Below, piece by piece: positions 44,133-56,741 of a DNA stretch of 64,000 nt; position 1 is the stretch's first letter; each line of letters opens with the position of its first letter. Origin of the DNA: Octopus vulgaris (taxonomy: Eukaryota). Both the position numbers and the translations under genes were made by a program. The stretch is from assembly GCA_951406725.2 (NCBI GenBank), contig OX597837.1, positions 43,896,001 to 43,960,000 on the forward strand, in the 5' to 3' direction. The notes beneath the pieces were generated by a model, which worked only from the letters and a program-made list of their open reading frames with translations, did not search any database and had not been told where the DNA came from.

Positions 44133-44950
44133 TGTATGTGTATGTATGTATGTATGTATGTATGCATGTATGCATGTATGTATGTATGTATGTATGTATG
44201 TATGTATGTATGTATGTATGTATGTATGCATGCATGCATGCATGTATGTATGTATGTATGTATGTATGTATGTATGTATGTATGTATGTATGTATGTATG
44301 TATGTATGCATGTATGTATGTATGTATGTATGTATGTATGTATGTATGTATGTATGTATGTATGTATGTATGTATGTATGTATGTATGTATGTATGTATG
44401 TATGTATGAATGTCTGTATGTATGTATGTATGTATGTATGTATGTATGTATGTATGTATGTATGTATGTATGTATGTATGTATGTATGTATGTATGTATG
44501 TATGTATGTATGTATGTATGTATGTATGTATGTATGTATGTATGTATGTATGTATGTATGTATGTATGTATGTATGTATGTATGTATGTATGTATGTATG
44601 TATGTATGTATGTATGTATGTATGTATGTATGTATGTATGTATGTATGTATGTATGTATGTATGTATGTATGTATGCATGCATGTATGTATGCCTGTGTG
44701 TATGTATGTATGTATGTATGTATGTATGTGGGCATGTATGTATGTATGTATGTATGTATGTATGTATGTATGTATGCATGTATGCATGTATGTATGTATG
44801 TATGTATGTATGTATGTATGTATGTATGTATGTGGGCATGTATGTATGTATGTATGTATGTATGTATGTATGTATGTATGTATGTATGTATGTATGCATG
44901 TATGCATGTATGCATGTATGTATGTATGTATGTATGTATGTATGTATGTA
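44133..44950. repeat. ~0.8-kb (TATG)n microsatellite
   Basis: Directly visible; a similar block lies at 42435-42875. Confidence 0.98.
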
Positions 44951-45242
44951 TATACGTATATGTGCAGATTTGTATGTTTTGTTTTATGGATATATTTTCT
45001 TGCATATAGTTGCATATCTAGACATGCTCATATATATTTAAATGATAAACTCCTGGAAGGTTTTACAGATGATTTTTACAGTTCTAGTGATGGATTGGAT
45101 CTGTGGTCTTCGAATTAGCTTTTTCCTTTCTGGTTTTGAGAAGTTTGTATTTATGTATGTCTTCTATTTTATTAATAATTATAAATCTTCCAACGAGAAA
45201 GGAGCCAGTTTCCCAAAAAGATACAAGGCTCCGGATGTGTGC

Positions 45243-45327
<85 letters not shown>

Positions 45328-45425
45328 TGTGAGTGTGAAGGCAAATGGCTCAGTGGTTAGGGCATCGGCTCACAATCATGAGGTAGTGAATTCCATTCCC
45401 GGACCGGGCTGTGTTTTGTGTTCTT

Positions 45426-45503
<78 letters not shown>

Positions 45504-46609
45504 CAGATATATAGATAGACGCTGATGCTTTAATTATAAGACACTTTATTTCATGTTGCTCCAGTTCACTCAGCTGGTAGAAATGAGTTGCGACGTCACA
45601 GGTGCCAAGCCGTATCGGCCCCTTTGCCTTTCCCTTGGATGACATCGGTGGCATGGAGAGGGGAGGCCGGCATGTATGGGCGACTTCTGGTCTTCCACAA
45701 ACAACCTTGCCCGGGTTCGTGCAGCGAAGGGCAACTTTCAAGGTTCAATCCCATGATCATTCATAACTGAAGAGGGTCCCCTCCTCTATAAGCGCGTGTG
45801 TGTGTGTGTGTGCCTTTGTGTTTGTATTTTCCCTCTCGACCGCTTTACAACTGGTATCTATTTATGTTCCCGCAACTTAGCTCTTCGGCATAAGGCACCG
45901 ATAAAATAAGTACATGGCTTAAAAAAAAATTGGATACGTACAAGGCGCTGCTCCAGCATGGTCGCAGTCTAGTCACTGCAACAAATTAATTCTTTTTTTT
46001 TAATATTAAATAATGTGGCTGTGTGGTAAGTAGCTTGCTTATGAACCACATGGTTCGGGGTTCAGTCCCACTGCGTGGCATATTGGGCAAGTGTCTTCTA
46101 CTATAGCCACGGGCCAACCAAAACCTTGTGAGTGGATTTGGTAGACGGAAACCGAAAGAAACCTGTCGTATATATATATATGTATATATGTGTGTGTATG
46201 TGTGTGTGTGTGTATGTGTGTGTGTGTGTGTGTATTTTTGTGTATGTGTGCTTTGTCCCCCCAACATCGCTTGACCAACGATGCTGGTGTGTTTACGTTC
46301 CCGTAACTTAGCGGTTCGGCAAAAGGCTCTGATAGAATAAGTACTAAGCCTACAAAGAATAAATTCTGGGGTCGATTCGCTCTCGATTAAAGGCCGTGCT
46401 CCAGCATGGCCGCAGTCATTTACTTGAAACAAGTAGAAAAAAAAAATAAAAGAATAAAAGAATAATAAATAAACCATAAATGTATTTTTTGATGGAGAAA
46501 AAAAAATGGAATTTTTCTGTATCAAGGGAGATCACTCTCAAATACTTTCGAAAAGTTACATCCCTTTTATATCTAACTCTTTTAAGGGAGAAAATTACAT
46601 TTAGTGGTT

Positions 46610-46673
46610 ATATCCGGTGTTGTTGTGGAAGGTTGATGCTTTGATCTGGAAGTCCTTGAGAATCTACCAAACG
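46610..46673 (+). other. Candidate non-coding first exon of the NDUFS5-like gene
   Basis: Unique-looking sequence ending in the donor-like ACG|GTGAGA at 46673/46674. The coding exon has an acceptor 8 nt before its ATG, so an upstream UTR exon is expected. Confidence 0.35.
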
Positions 46674-47066
46674 GTGAGAAATATGGTTTTTCTCTTAAAT
46701 TAAGCAGAATTTTAGCTTTGATTATATAAAATTAGACAAATTAAACGATATTTTTTTCTTATTGAACTCCACATGTTTTTCGTGAGACGTTTTATAGACC
46801 AACTTAGTAAATAATAACATTTACCTATATAGACCAGTCTCCTTCGAGTAATTCTCTCTTTCTAATTAATTAACTTTACAGTGCTTCTCACGCTAAAGAT
46901 TTTGAGGGTAATTTACTTGTCTGTCTACCTGTACATATATACATACGTCGCGTGTTTGCATTTTGTATAAGAAACTCCTTGCATTTGAATGTCTAACGTG
47001 TGTCCTCCACGCTTTAAATATTCTAGTTTCGATCAAATCACAACAAAAACATCATACACACACACA

Positions 47067-47130
<64 letters not shown>

Positions 47131-47526
47131 GTACTATTTAAGGAGAGTGGTCCCGGTGCGCATACTCGCGCATCCGCGCTAGCTAGTCGTGACTACTCGA
47201 TCGTTTGTGTTTTTGTATTTTATTTTACTTCGTTTAAAAAAATTATGGTACTACTAGCGAACAGTGGTCCCGGTGTATGTGTATATATATATATATATAC
47301 GTGTATATATTTTTGTATGTATGTATGTATGCGTGTGTGTATGTATGTGTGTGCATGCATGTATTATGTGTGTGTGTGTATTGTATATTTGGGTGAAGGA
47401 GCAGACGAAAATGGAACTCACACTTTTGCCTGGAGACATTTTAACTAGTCTTATATCTGTGTGTGTATGTATGTAAGCGCTTTACTTAACTGGAAGTATA
47501 TTTTATACTCTTCTGGTATACTTTAA

Positions 47527-47747
47527 CCCTTTAGTGTTCGCATTATTCTGCCAAAATTAATCCTTTTTCATCCACATTGTTTCGAACTAATCATGCATTA
47601 TCTTGTAGCTATGAGATTTTCATGAGGTAGCTGTTAATTTTTAAAACGATATTGTAGGGCTGGTGTGAGAGACCAGATCTGGCCAGTTTGAACATAAAAC
47701 AGGCAGAATACTTTTGGCCGGATATGGCCAGTTTAAATGCTAAAAGG
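47527..47747. mobile_element. piggyBac-like MITE
   Basis: TTAA|CCCTTTAG ... CTAAAAGG|TTAA; a partial right end is repeated at about 48505-48560. Confidence 0.72.
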
Positions 47748-48652
47748 TTAAAGTATATCCTTTCGTGATGTGCAAATAAATACCATGAATTTACCTTGAG
47801 ATATACTCATTAGATTATATTTTTCTATTATTTGAGTTAGAATACCTGCATATCTATTAATTCCAAAAACTAAATTTTAAATATATATATAGTACCAGAG
47901 GATCTGTAGTTCTGACCTAAGGTTAGTAACACTCTTATCAACTGGGCCATTGACACACGCATGTATTTATTCAGAAATAAGGCACCTACTGACAATCAGA
48001 GATTGACCTTTGTTGTTTGTTCCTCCTTGAGCCATGCCTGGCTCATAAGGGCCACTTTCCCGGTTTCTTGGCGTATAGGTTCCCCACCTGGATGGGATGC
48101 CGGTCTGTCGCAGGCGAGCTGCAAAATGCAGGAGGAAAGATTGAGAGAAAGTTGTGGCAAAAGAGTCAGCAGAAGTCTCGCCGTTACCTTCTGCCAGAGT
48201 CGCTTGGGGCTTAGGTGTTTCACTCATAAACACACACATCGCCCAGTCTGAGATTTGAACCCACGATCCCTCGACTGCGAGTCCGCTGCTCTAACCACTA
48301 GGCCATGTGCCTCCACAGATTGACCTGATGAAAACACAGTGCAAATGCCATCATCATCATCATCAACGTTTTAGATAGGTTTTCCATGCTGGTATGGGTT
48401 GGACAAGTCATCACAGTCCTTGTCCTTCCTGTTCTGAGTTACTACCCATTCAGTGGGGGTGGAGGGGCAAATGACAACACCTCACTCGTTATCAGTTTGA
48501 ACAAAAAGACAGGTAGAATATTTTGGCTGGATATGACCGGTTTGAATGCTGAAGGGTTAATTGTCCAAGAAATGTTAATCTGATTTCTAGAATTGTTTAC
48601 CATTTTGAAGAATTATATAATTCTTACCAACAATTTTTTTGCAGAATAAAAG

Positions 48653-48853
48653 ATGACTTCAGCACCACTTCTCTACAATCCACTGACGAAAATGTCCGAG
48701 CATTGGTTCAATCACCAGTTTACACAGTGTGGTGACCTTGAGCTGGATTTCTACAGGTGTGTCTCACGAGTTGGTTACGGCCGCTTCCATTTGAACAAAG
48801 AATGCAGCATGGAGTATGAAGACTTCAAAGAATGTGCAGGCAAAATAAAACAG
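48653..48853 (+). CDS. NDUFS5: NADH:ubiquinone oxidoreductase 15-kDa subunit, coding exon 1
   Basis: MTSAPLLYNPL...C-x9-C...C-x9-C twin motif (CGDLELDFYRC, CSMEYEDFKEC). Acceptor TTTTTTGCAG at 48644 and phase-0 donor CAG|GTACAT at 48853. Confidence 0.85.
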
Positions 48854-48883
48854 GTACATTGAACTCTCTCTCTCTCTACTGTA

Positions 48884-49350
48884 TCATCATTATCATCATC
48901 GTTTAACGTCCATTTTCCATGCTAGCATGGGTTGGATGGTTCAACTGGGGTTTGGAAAGCCATGAGGCTGCACCAGTCTGATCTGGCAGTGTTTCTACAG
49001 CTGGATGCCCTTCCTAACGCCAACCACTCCAAGAGTGTAGTGGGTGCTTTTATGTACCACCAGCATGGGGGCCAGTCAGGCGGTACTGGCAACGACCTTG
49101 CTCGAATCTTTTTACACATGCCAACAGTAGAGTTGCCAGTAAGGTGATGCTGGTAACGATCCCGCTCGAATGGTACCTCCTATATGCCACCGGCACGGAA
49201 GCTAGTTAACCACTCTGGCAACGATCACACTCGGGTGGTGCTCTTCGCAGCCTACTAGCACGGGGCATAAGTGCCAGTAAAGCGAAGCTGGTAACGATCA
49301 CACTCGAATGGTGCCTTTTATGTGCCACTGGCATGGAAGCTGTATCATCA
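48884..49350 (-). mobile_element. SINE/LINE-tail repeat with (ATG)n tail and ~60-bp internal tandem units
   Basis: CATCATCGTTTAACGTCC..GCTGGATGCCCTTCCTAACGCCAACCAC. An oppositely oriented copy lies at about 50470-50967. Confidence 0.7.
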
Positions 49351-52300
49351 TTATCATTTCGGTACCCTTCAACCCTCCCACCATTATCTATGGTCATCCT
49401 CCCCTAACCCTTACCCATCATTCACTATATCCAGTCCTCAACCTATCCAGTCTCTGCAGTTGTCACCTACTCTCCCCTCCTCTACTTTTTTCCATTCAAC
49501 ACTTGTTCTTCACTCATACTTACCTCCTCACCCATTCCCAACCCCTCATTCTCCCATATACTCTACAAACTCACCCCTCCCACTCTGTTCTCTTCTCACT
49601 CACTTTTATTCACCTTGTACCTTGAACGTCATCCCTACTATTTAATCTCTTCCTTGCTTCATACCGATCGCCCCACATCCTCTCTTCTAAAATACAAGTA
49701 GCCATGTGGTCCCTCTACAATAAGTAAACCTATTTTGATCTGGCCCTTTCTCCCATACTTTAAACCTTCACCTAGCATAAAGCTGCCTCTCTCAGGGTTC
49801 ATCCCTGTACAAGCATTGGCAACCTCACTAATGCTGGTGCCTTGTAAAAGAGCACTCAGTGTACACTGAAATGGCAGGCACTTGTAAGTGTATCCAGTCA
49901 TAGAAACCATGCCAGAGTAGGCATTAACCGTTTTTGGGACACCCCTCCCTTCATGACCTCTACCCTACTTACTCATCCCACAACCACACTTTTATTTACT
50001 TTATGCTTCCTCACAACATAAGCCAAAAAACAATGTCTGGAAGATGCCCCATGTGGCAGCAGACCATTGATGCCAGTCTGATGAAGTGCTGCCACTCTAA
50101 TCACGAAAATTTTCACTTCAAATATTCACATAGACTAGGGTTGCAAGCAGACTGGGTACAGAAACAATTGTAACAAATCATCAAAGAGGTGTTCAAGAAT
50201 GCCTTTGTCTTATTATTTGGGTTATAACTCACTCTTTGCCAAGCCCATGTTGCAGTGTGACCATTGTGGAATAAGGATTTTCTACATTTAAAGAATTCCT
50301 GCATTGGCCTGGAACCCAACAGTGTTGATAGCCCAGTATTCAGGACGAATGCTTCTGGAAATCCCCTAACCTTACCCTACCAGGACCTAAGATATATAAT
50401 ATATATACATATATACATACCTATGTGCATGTGTGTGTGTATGTATGTATGTATATATATATATATAGTTGCGAAATTGCTGACGTGGCCAATGACAGTA
50501 TCTCCTGATTGGCACCCATGCCAGTGGAACGTTAAAAGCACTATCCGAGCAAGATTATTGCCAGGGCCATTGGCTAGCTCCCATGCTGGTGGCACATAAA
50601 AAGCACCATTTGAGCGCGATCGATTCCAGCTTCGCCTTACTGACACCCATGCCAGTGGCACATGATAAAACAAGATTTGAGCGTGGTCATTGCCAGTGCT
50701 GCTTGACTGGCTCCTGTGCAGGTGGCACGTAAAAAACACCATTTGAGCGTGGTCGTTGCCAATACCACCTGACTGGCCCTTGTGCCAGTGGCACATAAAA
50801 GCACCCACTACACTCACGGAGTGGTTGGCTTTAGGAAGGGCATCCAGCTGTAGAGGCTTTGCCAGATCAGGAGCCTGGTGCAGCCTTCTGGCTCGCCAGT
50901 CCTCAGTCAAACCGTCCAACTCATGCCAGCATGGAAAGCAGACGGCAAACGCCAATGATGATGATCATGTTGTTATAATGTTCAGCTGTTGTATTTCCAA
51001 ATTTGGCCAAATGCATTTATTTTTGCTTCCAACAACTGGGTTCTTTTGGTCAATCTATTGTTTATTCAGCTGCTTCAGATGCCAAGATATCAAAAGTGTG
51101 GTCAAACGATTTTGCTATGGAATGGTGAAACTATTTTTTCATTTTCTGAAAGGAAAGCAACTTTTTGGACTTATGACACTTGTGCATAATAGCAACGACA
51201 TACATCTGTCCATGTGTATTTATATATAGTTTATATATATTCATTTAAGAAACACACAAAAACCGTTAGATTCGCTTCAACATTTAAATTTAAAGCGACG
51301 AAAATATTTTGACAAATTAAATTTAAATGTTGAAGTGAATCTAACGGTTTTTGTGTTTTACTTAAATGGCTTATAAACATCTTCCATGCTGCAATTGTTT
51401 TCGTTCTAGCACATGATCTCAGATCAGGTTACTTGCTATGCAAGTATATCTCCATAATATATTCATTGTAAACTCACAAATAGCAATTGTAGGCTGCCTC
51501 AGCTTGTAAGTTCAATACTACATTCTCAGCCCAATCTTGGCTCCGGTTGGTACAACTAAATTCTAAAGAATCCTGCAACTGAGCTATGTATATATTCCTT
51601 TACTTGTTTCAGTCATTTAACTGTGGCCATGCTGGAACACCACCTTGAAGGCTTTTAGTCAAATAAATCGATACCCAGGACTTATTTCTTAAACCTAGTA
51701 CTTATTCTATCAGTCTGTTTGGCCAAACCACTAAGTTATAGGGATGTAAACACCCCATCACTGGTTGTCAAGCAGTGATAGTGGGGACACATACATATAT
51801 ATATACAACAGACTTCTTTCAGTTTCTTATTTCTTTACTACCCACAAGAGAGGACAAACAAGGACAGACAAAAGGATTGAGTCGATTATATCTACCCCAG
51901 TGCGTAACTGGTACTTAATGTATTGACCTCGAAAGGATGAAAGGTAAAGTCAACCACGGCGGAATTTGAACTCAGAACGTAATGGCGGACGAAATATCAC
52001 TAACCATTTCGACCGGCGTGCTAACATTTCTGCCAGCTTACCGCCTTCTTTCAGTTTCTGTCTACCAGATCCGCTCACTTTCCCAAGATGCCAAGCAGTA
52101 GGACTGAACCTAGAACTATGTGGTTGGGAGGCAAGCTTCTTACCACACGGCTACGCCTGCAAAATTATCACAAAACTGTTACTCAGAGTTTCACATTCCC
52201 ATTTATTGGTCAGTTGTGATGAAAAATCTGTGCTCACTTTTGTGTGTATGTGTATATATGTGTGTGTGAAGTCGCGTGGCCTAGTGGTTAGGGCATTCGG

Positions 52301-52605
52301 CTCACGATCATAAGGTCATGAGTTCAATTCCCAGCGACGCATTGTATCCTTGAGCAAGACACTTTATTTCATGTTGCTCCAGTCCACTCAGCTGACAAAA
52401 TTGAGTTGTACCTGTATTTCAAAGGGCCAGCTTTGTCACACTCTGTGTCACGCTGAATCTCCCCTGGAACTACATTAAGGGTACACATGTCCATGGAGTA
52501 CTCAGCCACTTGCATGTTAATTTCACGAGTAGGCTGTTCCATCGATCGTCGTCGTTATAACCAACAGAGTAATCCTCCTATATATATATATGTGTGTGTG
52601 TTTAA

Positions 52606-52997
52606 TCTCTATATATAAAGCTGAAGTTTTCTGTGTGTGGCAGATTTGGTAGCCTTCAACTAACACTATCTCCTCTGAGACCCTGCGGCACAAGTTGACC
52701 AAAATTGAGAGTATAATAGAAGAAGGGTTGCTCTTCCTTCCGTAGAAGAAAAAATTCAAATCGGACCATGTTAACACCAAAAATTATTTACATTAAAACG
52801 ATGTTTTTTTTTCTATGAAAATCCCTATATTTTTACGATTTTTTGACTGCTGTGTCGCCATTTTTCGGTGTATTTCAACCAGAAAAATGTTCACTTAAAG
52901 AGAATAACAAGCTACATAATGCAAAATTTTTACTTTTCAAAAATTCCAATTCTAAAGGGTCGAAACAAACCCGAGCAATGCCGGGCGATTCTGCTAC
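52606..52997 (+). mobile_element. Non-autonomous Helitron-like element in the NDUFS5 intron
   Basis: A|TCTCTATATATAAAG 5' end, subterminal hairpin CCCGAGC-AAT-GCCGGG, and 3' CTAC|T (one mismatch from CTAG). Confidence 0.65.
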
Positions 52998-53070
52998 TTA
53001 TTCTATAAAACTTTTTACGATGATTTAATAATTTGTTTTTCTCTTTTCTTTCTTTCTTTCTTTCTTTCAG

Positions 53071-53166
53071 AATCAACGTTATATAGCAATGCAGGCTGAA
53101 CGGGCCAAGCAAGGTCGTCAATATATGGAACGACCACCAGACCACTCTGCAAAGGTTATTCGATAA
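53071..53166 (+). CDS. NDUFS5: NADH:ubiquinone oxidoreductase 15-kDa subunit, coding exon 2
   Basis: Long pyrimidine tract and CAG acceptor at 53070, then NQRYIAMQAERAKQGRQYMERPPDHSAKVIR-stop. The joined protein is 98 aa. AATAAA at 53181. Confidence 0.85.
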   Translation, partial: NQRYIAMQAERAKQGRQYMERPPDHSAKVIR

Positions 53167-53843
53167 TACCTAAGACCAGAAATAAAATAAAATATTTAAA
53201 TATTAACCAAAAAAAAACAAAAAAAAACAGCGGAAGTTAGTTCCAATTATTTTAGGTTATTTTATTGTTGGTTTTTACAATTAATAAATAAGATTTGAAG
53301 ATTTAAAATTGCTTTGGTTTTGTTTTTAATTATTATTTGGTGTTATTAAAATATTGTTTATTAGCAGTTTAATTAGTGGTTTACTCATTTACTTGTTTCG
53401 GTCATTTGACTGTGGCCATGCTGGAGCACTGACCTTTAGTCGAGCAAATCGACCCCAGGACTTATTCTTTGTAAGCCTAGTACTTATCCTATTGGTCTCT
53501 TTTGCCAAACCACTAAGTTACGGGGACGTAAACACACCAGCATCAGTTGTCAAGTGATGTTGGGGGGACAAACACAGACATGCAAGGAGCTGGCCAGATT
53601 GGAGCAATCTCAAAATTAATCAATCGAAATTGCGAGGATGATCCGCTTCTTGACTGAGGATAAAAAGCTTCGAATGACTCATCCTTGTTTTTTTGTATCG
53701 TCTATCTGGATGTTTTGTTGTCCCTTTTTGTATCACCTAGTTGTCCAGATATTTTGCGTTCTTGTCCTATTTTGTATTTTATAGATATATGTATATATAT
53801 GTATATATATATATATATATATCATCGTTAAACGATGATGATG

Positions 53844-53874
<31 letters not shown>

Positions 53875-54655
53875 TACGACGAGCTTCTTTTAGTTTCCGT
53901 TTACCAATTCCACTCAAAAGGCTTTGGTCGGCCCGAGGCTATAGCAGAAGACACTTACCCAAGGTGCCATGCAGTGGGACTGAACCCGGAACCATGTGGT
54001 CGGTAAGCAAGCTACTTACCACACAGCCACTCCTATGCAGAAGGAATCCTATATGTTTTGCTTGGTTCAGACTGCGACCATGAAGAATTTTTAGCTGAAT
54101 GGATCGACCCCAGGACATTTTTGTTTTCAAGCCTGGAACTTATTCTGTTAATCTCTTTAGCTGAACTGCTACGTTACAGGGATGTAAACACCCCAACACC
54201 AAGTGGTGGTGGACGACAAACACAAAGAGATACACATGCAGATATATATATGCGACAGGCTTCTTTCAGTTGCCATCTCCCAAATTCACTCATAAGGCTT
54301 TGGTCATGCTGGGGCAATAGTAGGAGCTACTAGCCCAAGGTGCCACAAAGCACAACTGAATCCATGACTATTTGGTTGAGAAGCAAACTTCTTACAAAAC
54401 ATCCACACCCGCACAAATGTCATCCTATCTTTTCTTTCATCTTTTAATTGTTTCAATCATTAGACTGCAATTATGCTGACCCAAGGAGGGCATTCGTGAA
54501 TGGAAGATTTCCATAACACACTTGTATTCAAAAACAGAATTGGCCCTTCTCAAATGAAGGAATATATTTCTGTTCATTTTAGTTTAGCTGGTTGATGACT
54601 AGTATTATTTTTCTACTTCACAGACTACAAACCAAGGAAGAAACCTGTGTGCTTA

Positions 54656-54689
<34 letters not shown>

Positions 54690-54691
54690 CA

Positions 54692-54734
<43 letters not shown>

Positions 54735-54991
54735 TTATGTAAATAAGGATGCGATTGATATTTAAATATCGATCTTATCAGGTGGCCAGCATGGAAATAA
54801 AAACGTTACAAAGGTAATAATTATTTAAAATTATAATTTAGGGTATCTGAGAGATACCACCATGCTGTTCGACTTTAGAGCCAGGTTTTGACTGCTATTT
54901 CAGCATGGTGGTATCTCTCAGATACCTTAAATTATAATTTTATATATATATATATATATACGCGAGAATGAAGCAACAAGAATGGATAGGT

Positions 54992-55081
54992 TTTTAGTAC
55001 GATCGTTTCATACAAGGACAGGTTTATTAAAAGTTGCAAAAATTACAGCATATAAACGTGTCCCGTACTCATCAGCTAAAA
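54992..55081 (-). ncRNA. Type I hammerhead ribozyme (inverted copy)
   Basis: Reverse complement of 55469-55558. Confidence 0.82.
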
Positions 55082-55468
55082 TACATGTGAGTTCTCTAGA
55101 CATCCTAGTGGTTGAGGCTATACTCATGAAGTAATGTAGATAATTAAGTAACATAAACAGATTTCAAAAGTTCATTAAAGTTCTTTAAAGATGATTTACA
55201 GTCTTATCACAGAATTTCAAAAAAGTCTTAATAGCATCACAGAATTTCAAAAAAGTCTTAATAGCATCACAGAGAAGGTGACCCGATCCATAGTGCACAT
55301 ATGAACTTCCAGAGATATGATGAGGGGTTACATACTCACAGAAAGCAAATTTATCCATTGTCAATTATAACGAGGTGGGTTTCAATTCCTGCTTATTAGC
55401 ATTACAGAGAGGGTGAGTTAATCCTTTGTATAGATGCACAATTTCCAATGGTGTAGGACTCACATGTA

Positions 55469-55558
55469 TTTTAGCTGATGAGTACGGGACACGTTTATAT
55501 GCTGTAATTTTTGCAACTTTTAATAAACCTGTCCTTGTATGAAACGATCGTACTAAAA
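55469..55558 (+). ncRNA. Type I hammerhead ribozyme
   Basis: TTTTAG-CTGATGA-[GTACGGGACA..TGTCCTTGTAT]-GAAA-CGATCG-TA-CTAAAA: perfect 6-bp stem I, palindromic stem III, predicted cleavage after 55552. Confidence 0.85.
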
Positions 55559-55705
55559 ACCTATCCATTCTTGTTGCTTCATTCTCGCTTATAATCACCC
55601 CACATCACTGTATTGTTAAATCAGTATAGTTTTTTTTGGTGCATCTAAGTTAGGTACCATATTCAAGTAAATTCATTTAAATTAACTTGAATCTTTATTG
55701 CTTTT

Positions 55706-55745
<40 letters not shown>

Positions 55746-55746
<1 letters not shown>

Positions 55747-55902
55747 TTTATTTAAAAGCAGCAGAAACACAACAAAAGGTGTTGCTCAGAGTTTCACGTT
55801 CCCTTTCGTCGGACAGTTTTGTTTAATAAAACTGTCCGACGAAAGGGAACGTGAAACTCTGAGCAACACCTTTTGTTGTATTTCTGCTGCTTTTCAATAA
55901 AG
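55746..55902. repeat. Near-perfect ~75-bp-arm hairpin of the CCGACGA hammerhead-like family
   Basis: Arms fold around the GTTTAAT loop (55821-55827). Same family as 24433-24540, 28890-29070 and 52160-52220. Confidence 0.88.
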
Positions 55903-56468
55903 CATATTACTCTGCCTCTGGTATTTGAGTACTCTTTTCTTCCACCTTGTTTCACATTTATGTGCTTACTCCGGTATATATATATACCGGAGTAAGCATA
56001 TATATAGACATATATACGACGGGCTTCTTTCAGTTTCCGTCTACCAAATCCACTCACAAGGCTTTGGTCGGCTCGAGGCTATAGTAGAAAACGCCCAAGG
56101 TGCCACACAGTGGTACTGAACCCGGAACCTTGTTGTTCGTAAGCAAGCTACTTACCACAAAACACGTTGTCTTTCTTTTTATATTATTTATTAAATGATC
56201 GATATTTGAGTGTCTCTTGACCAAGGAGAGATGCTAATCCCGGTCACTGTGTTTGAACTGTGCGTTAAAATGTCTAATTCATCCTATGTGCGCACGAACC
56301 TGCGCCTCCGTTAGCTATCTGTAAGTGTACCAAACAAGGGAAGTAACTTTAGAAATATTTCGCCTTTCATGCAAGGGAAATAACTTTTCCTTTTATCGCG
56401 TATCATTTATTTCAGTCATGCCAGAGCCTCGTTTTTAAGAGTTTCACTCGAACGAATCGATGCCTGTA

Positions 56469-56741
56469 GCGTAAATCCTCGAGTATAATACGCGGGAGAT
56501 GTTGCTTACTGCAAGTTGTGGATGATCCCTTTATGACTTCATTGCTTTCAGGCTTAGCTTAAAGTATTTTCGCGCCCGACATCACAAAATGCATCTGAAT
56601 AAACATTGCCGGACAGCAAATAGAGACTCGGACATTGCTTAGAAAATAATTTTCATTTTTAACCTCGTGTATAATACGCACTAGGGAATTTGACCTTTAA
56701 ATTTTGGGGGATAAATGAGGATTATACTCGAGGATTTATGG
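56469..56741. mobile_element. MITE with ~21-bp TIRs and TA target duplication (Tc1/mariner/pogo-like)
   Basis: TA|GCGTAAATCCTCGAGTATAAT ... ATTATACTCGAGGATTTATGG|TA, with an internal subterminal repeat CCTCGTGTATAATACGC. Confidence 0.72.

Larger units (their letters stand above)
54962..55588. mobile_element. PLE-like remnant with ~130-bp inverted repeats, each holding a hammerhead
   Basis: 54962-55092 is the reverse complement of 55458-55588; the segment begins directly after (TA)n. Confidence 0.8.

Noticed and set aside
53625-53680. CTGAGGA...CGAAT hammerhead-like words (similar case at 62989-63025)
   Set aside because: GAAA is mutated and the stems are incomplete; possibly decayed relics but not supportable.
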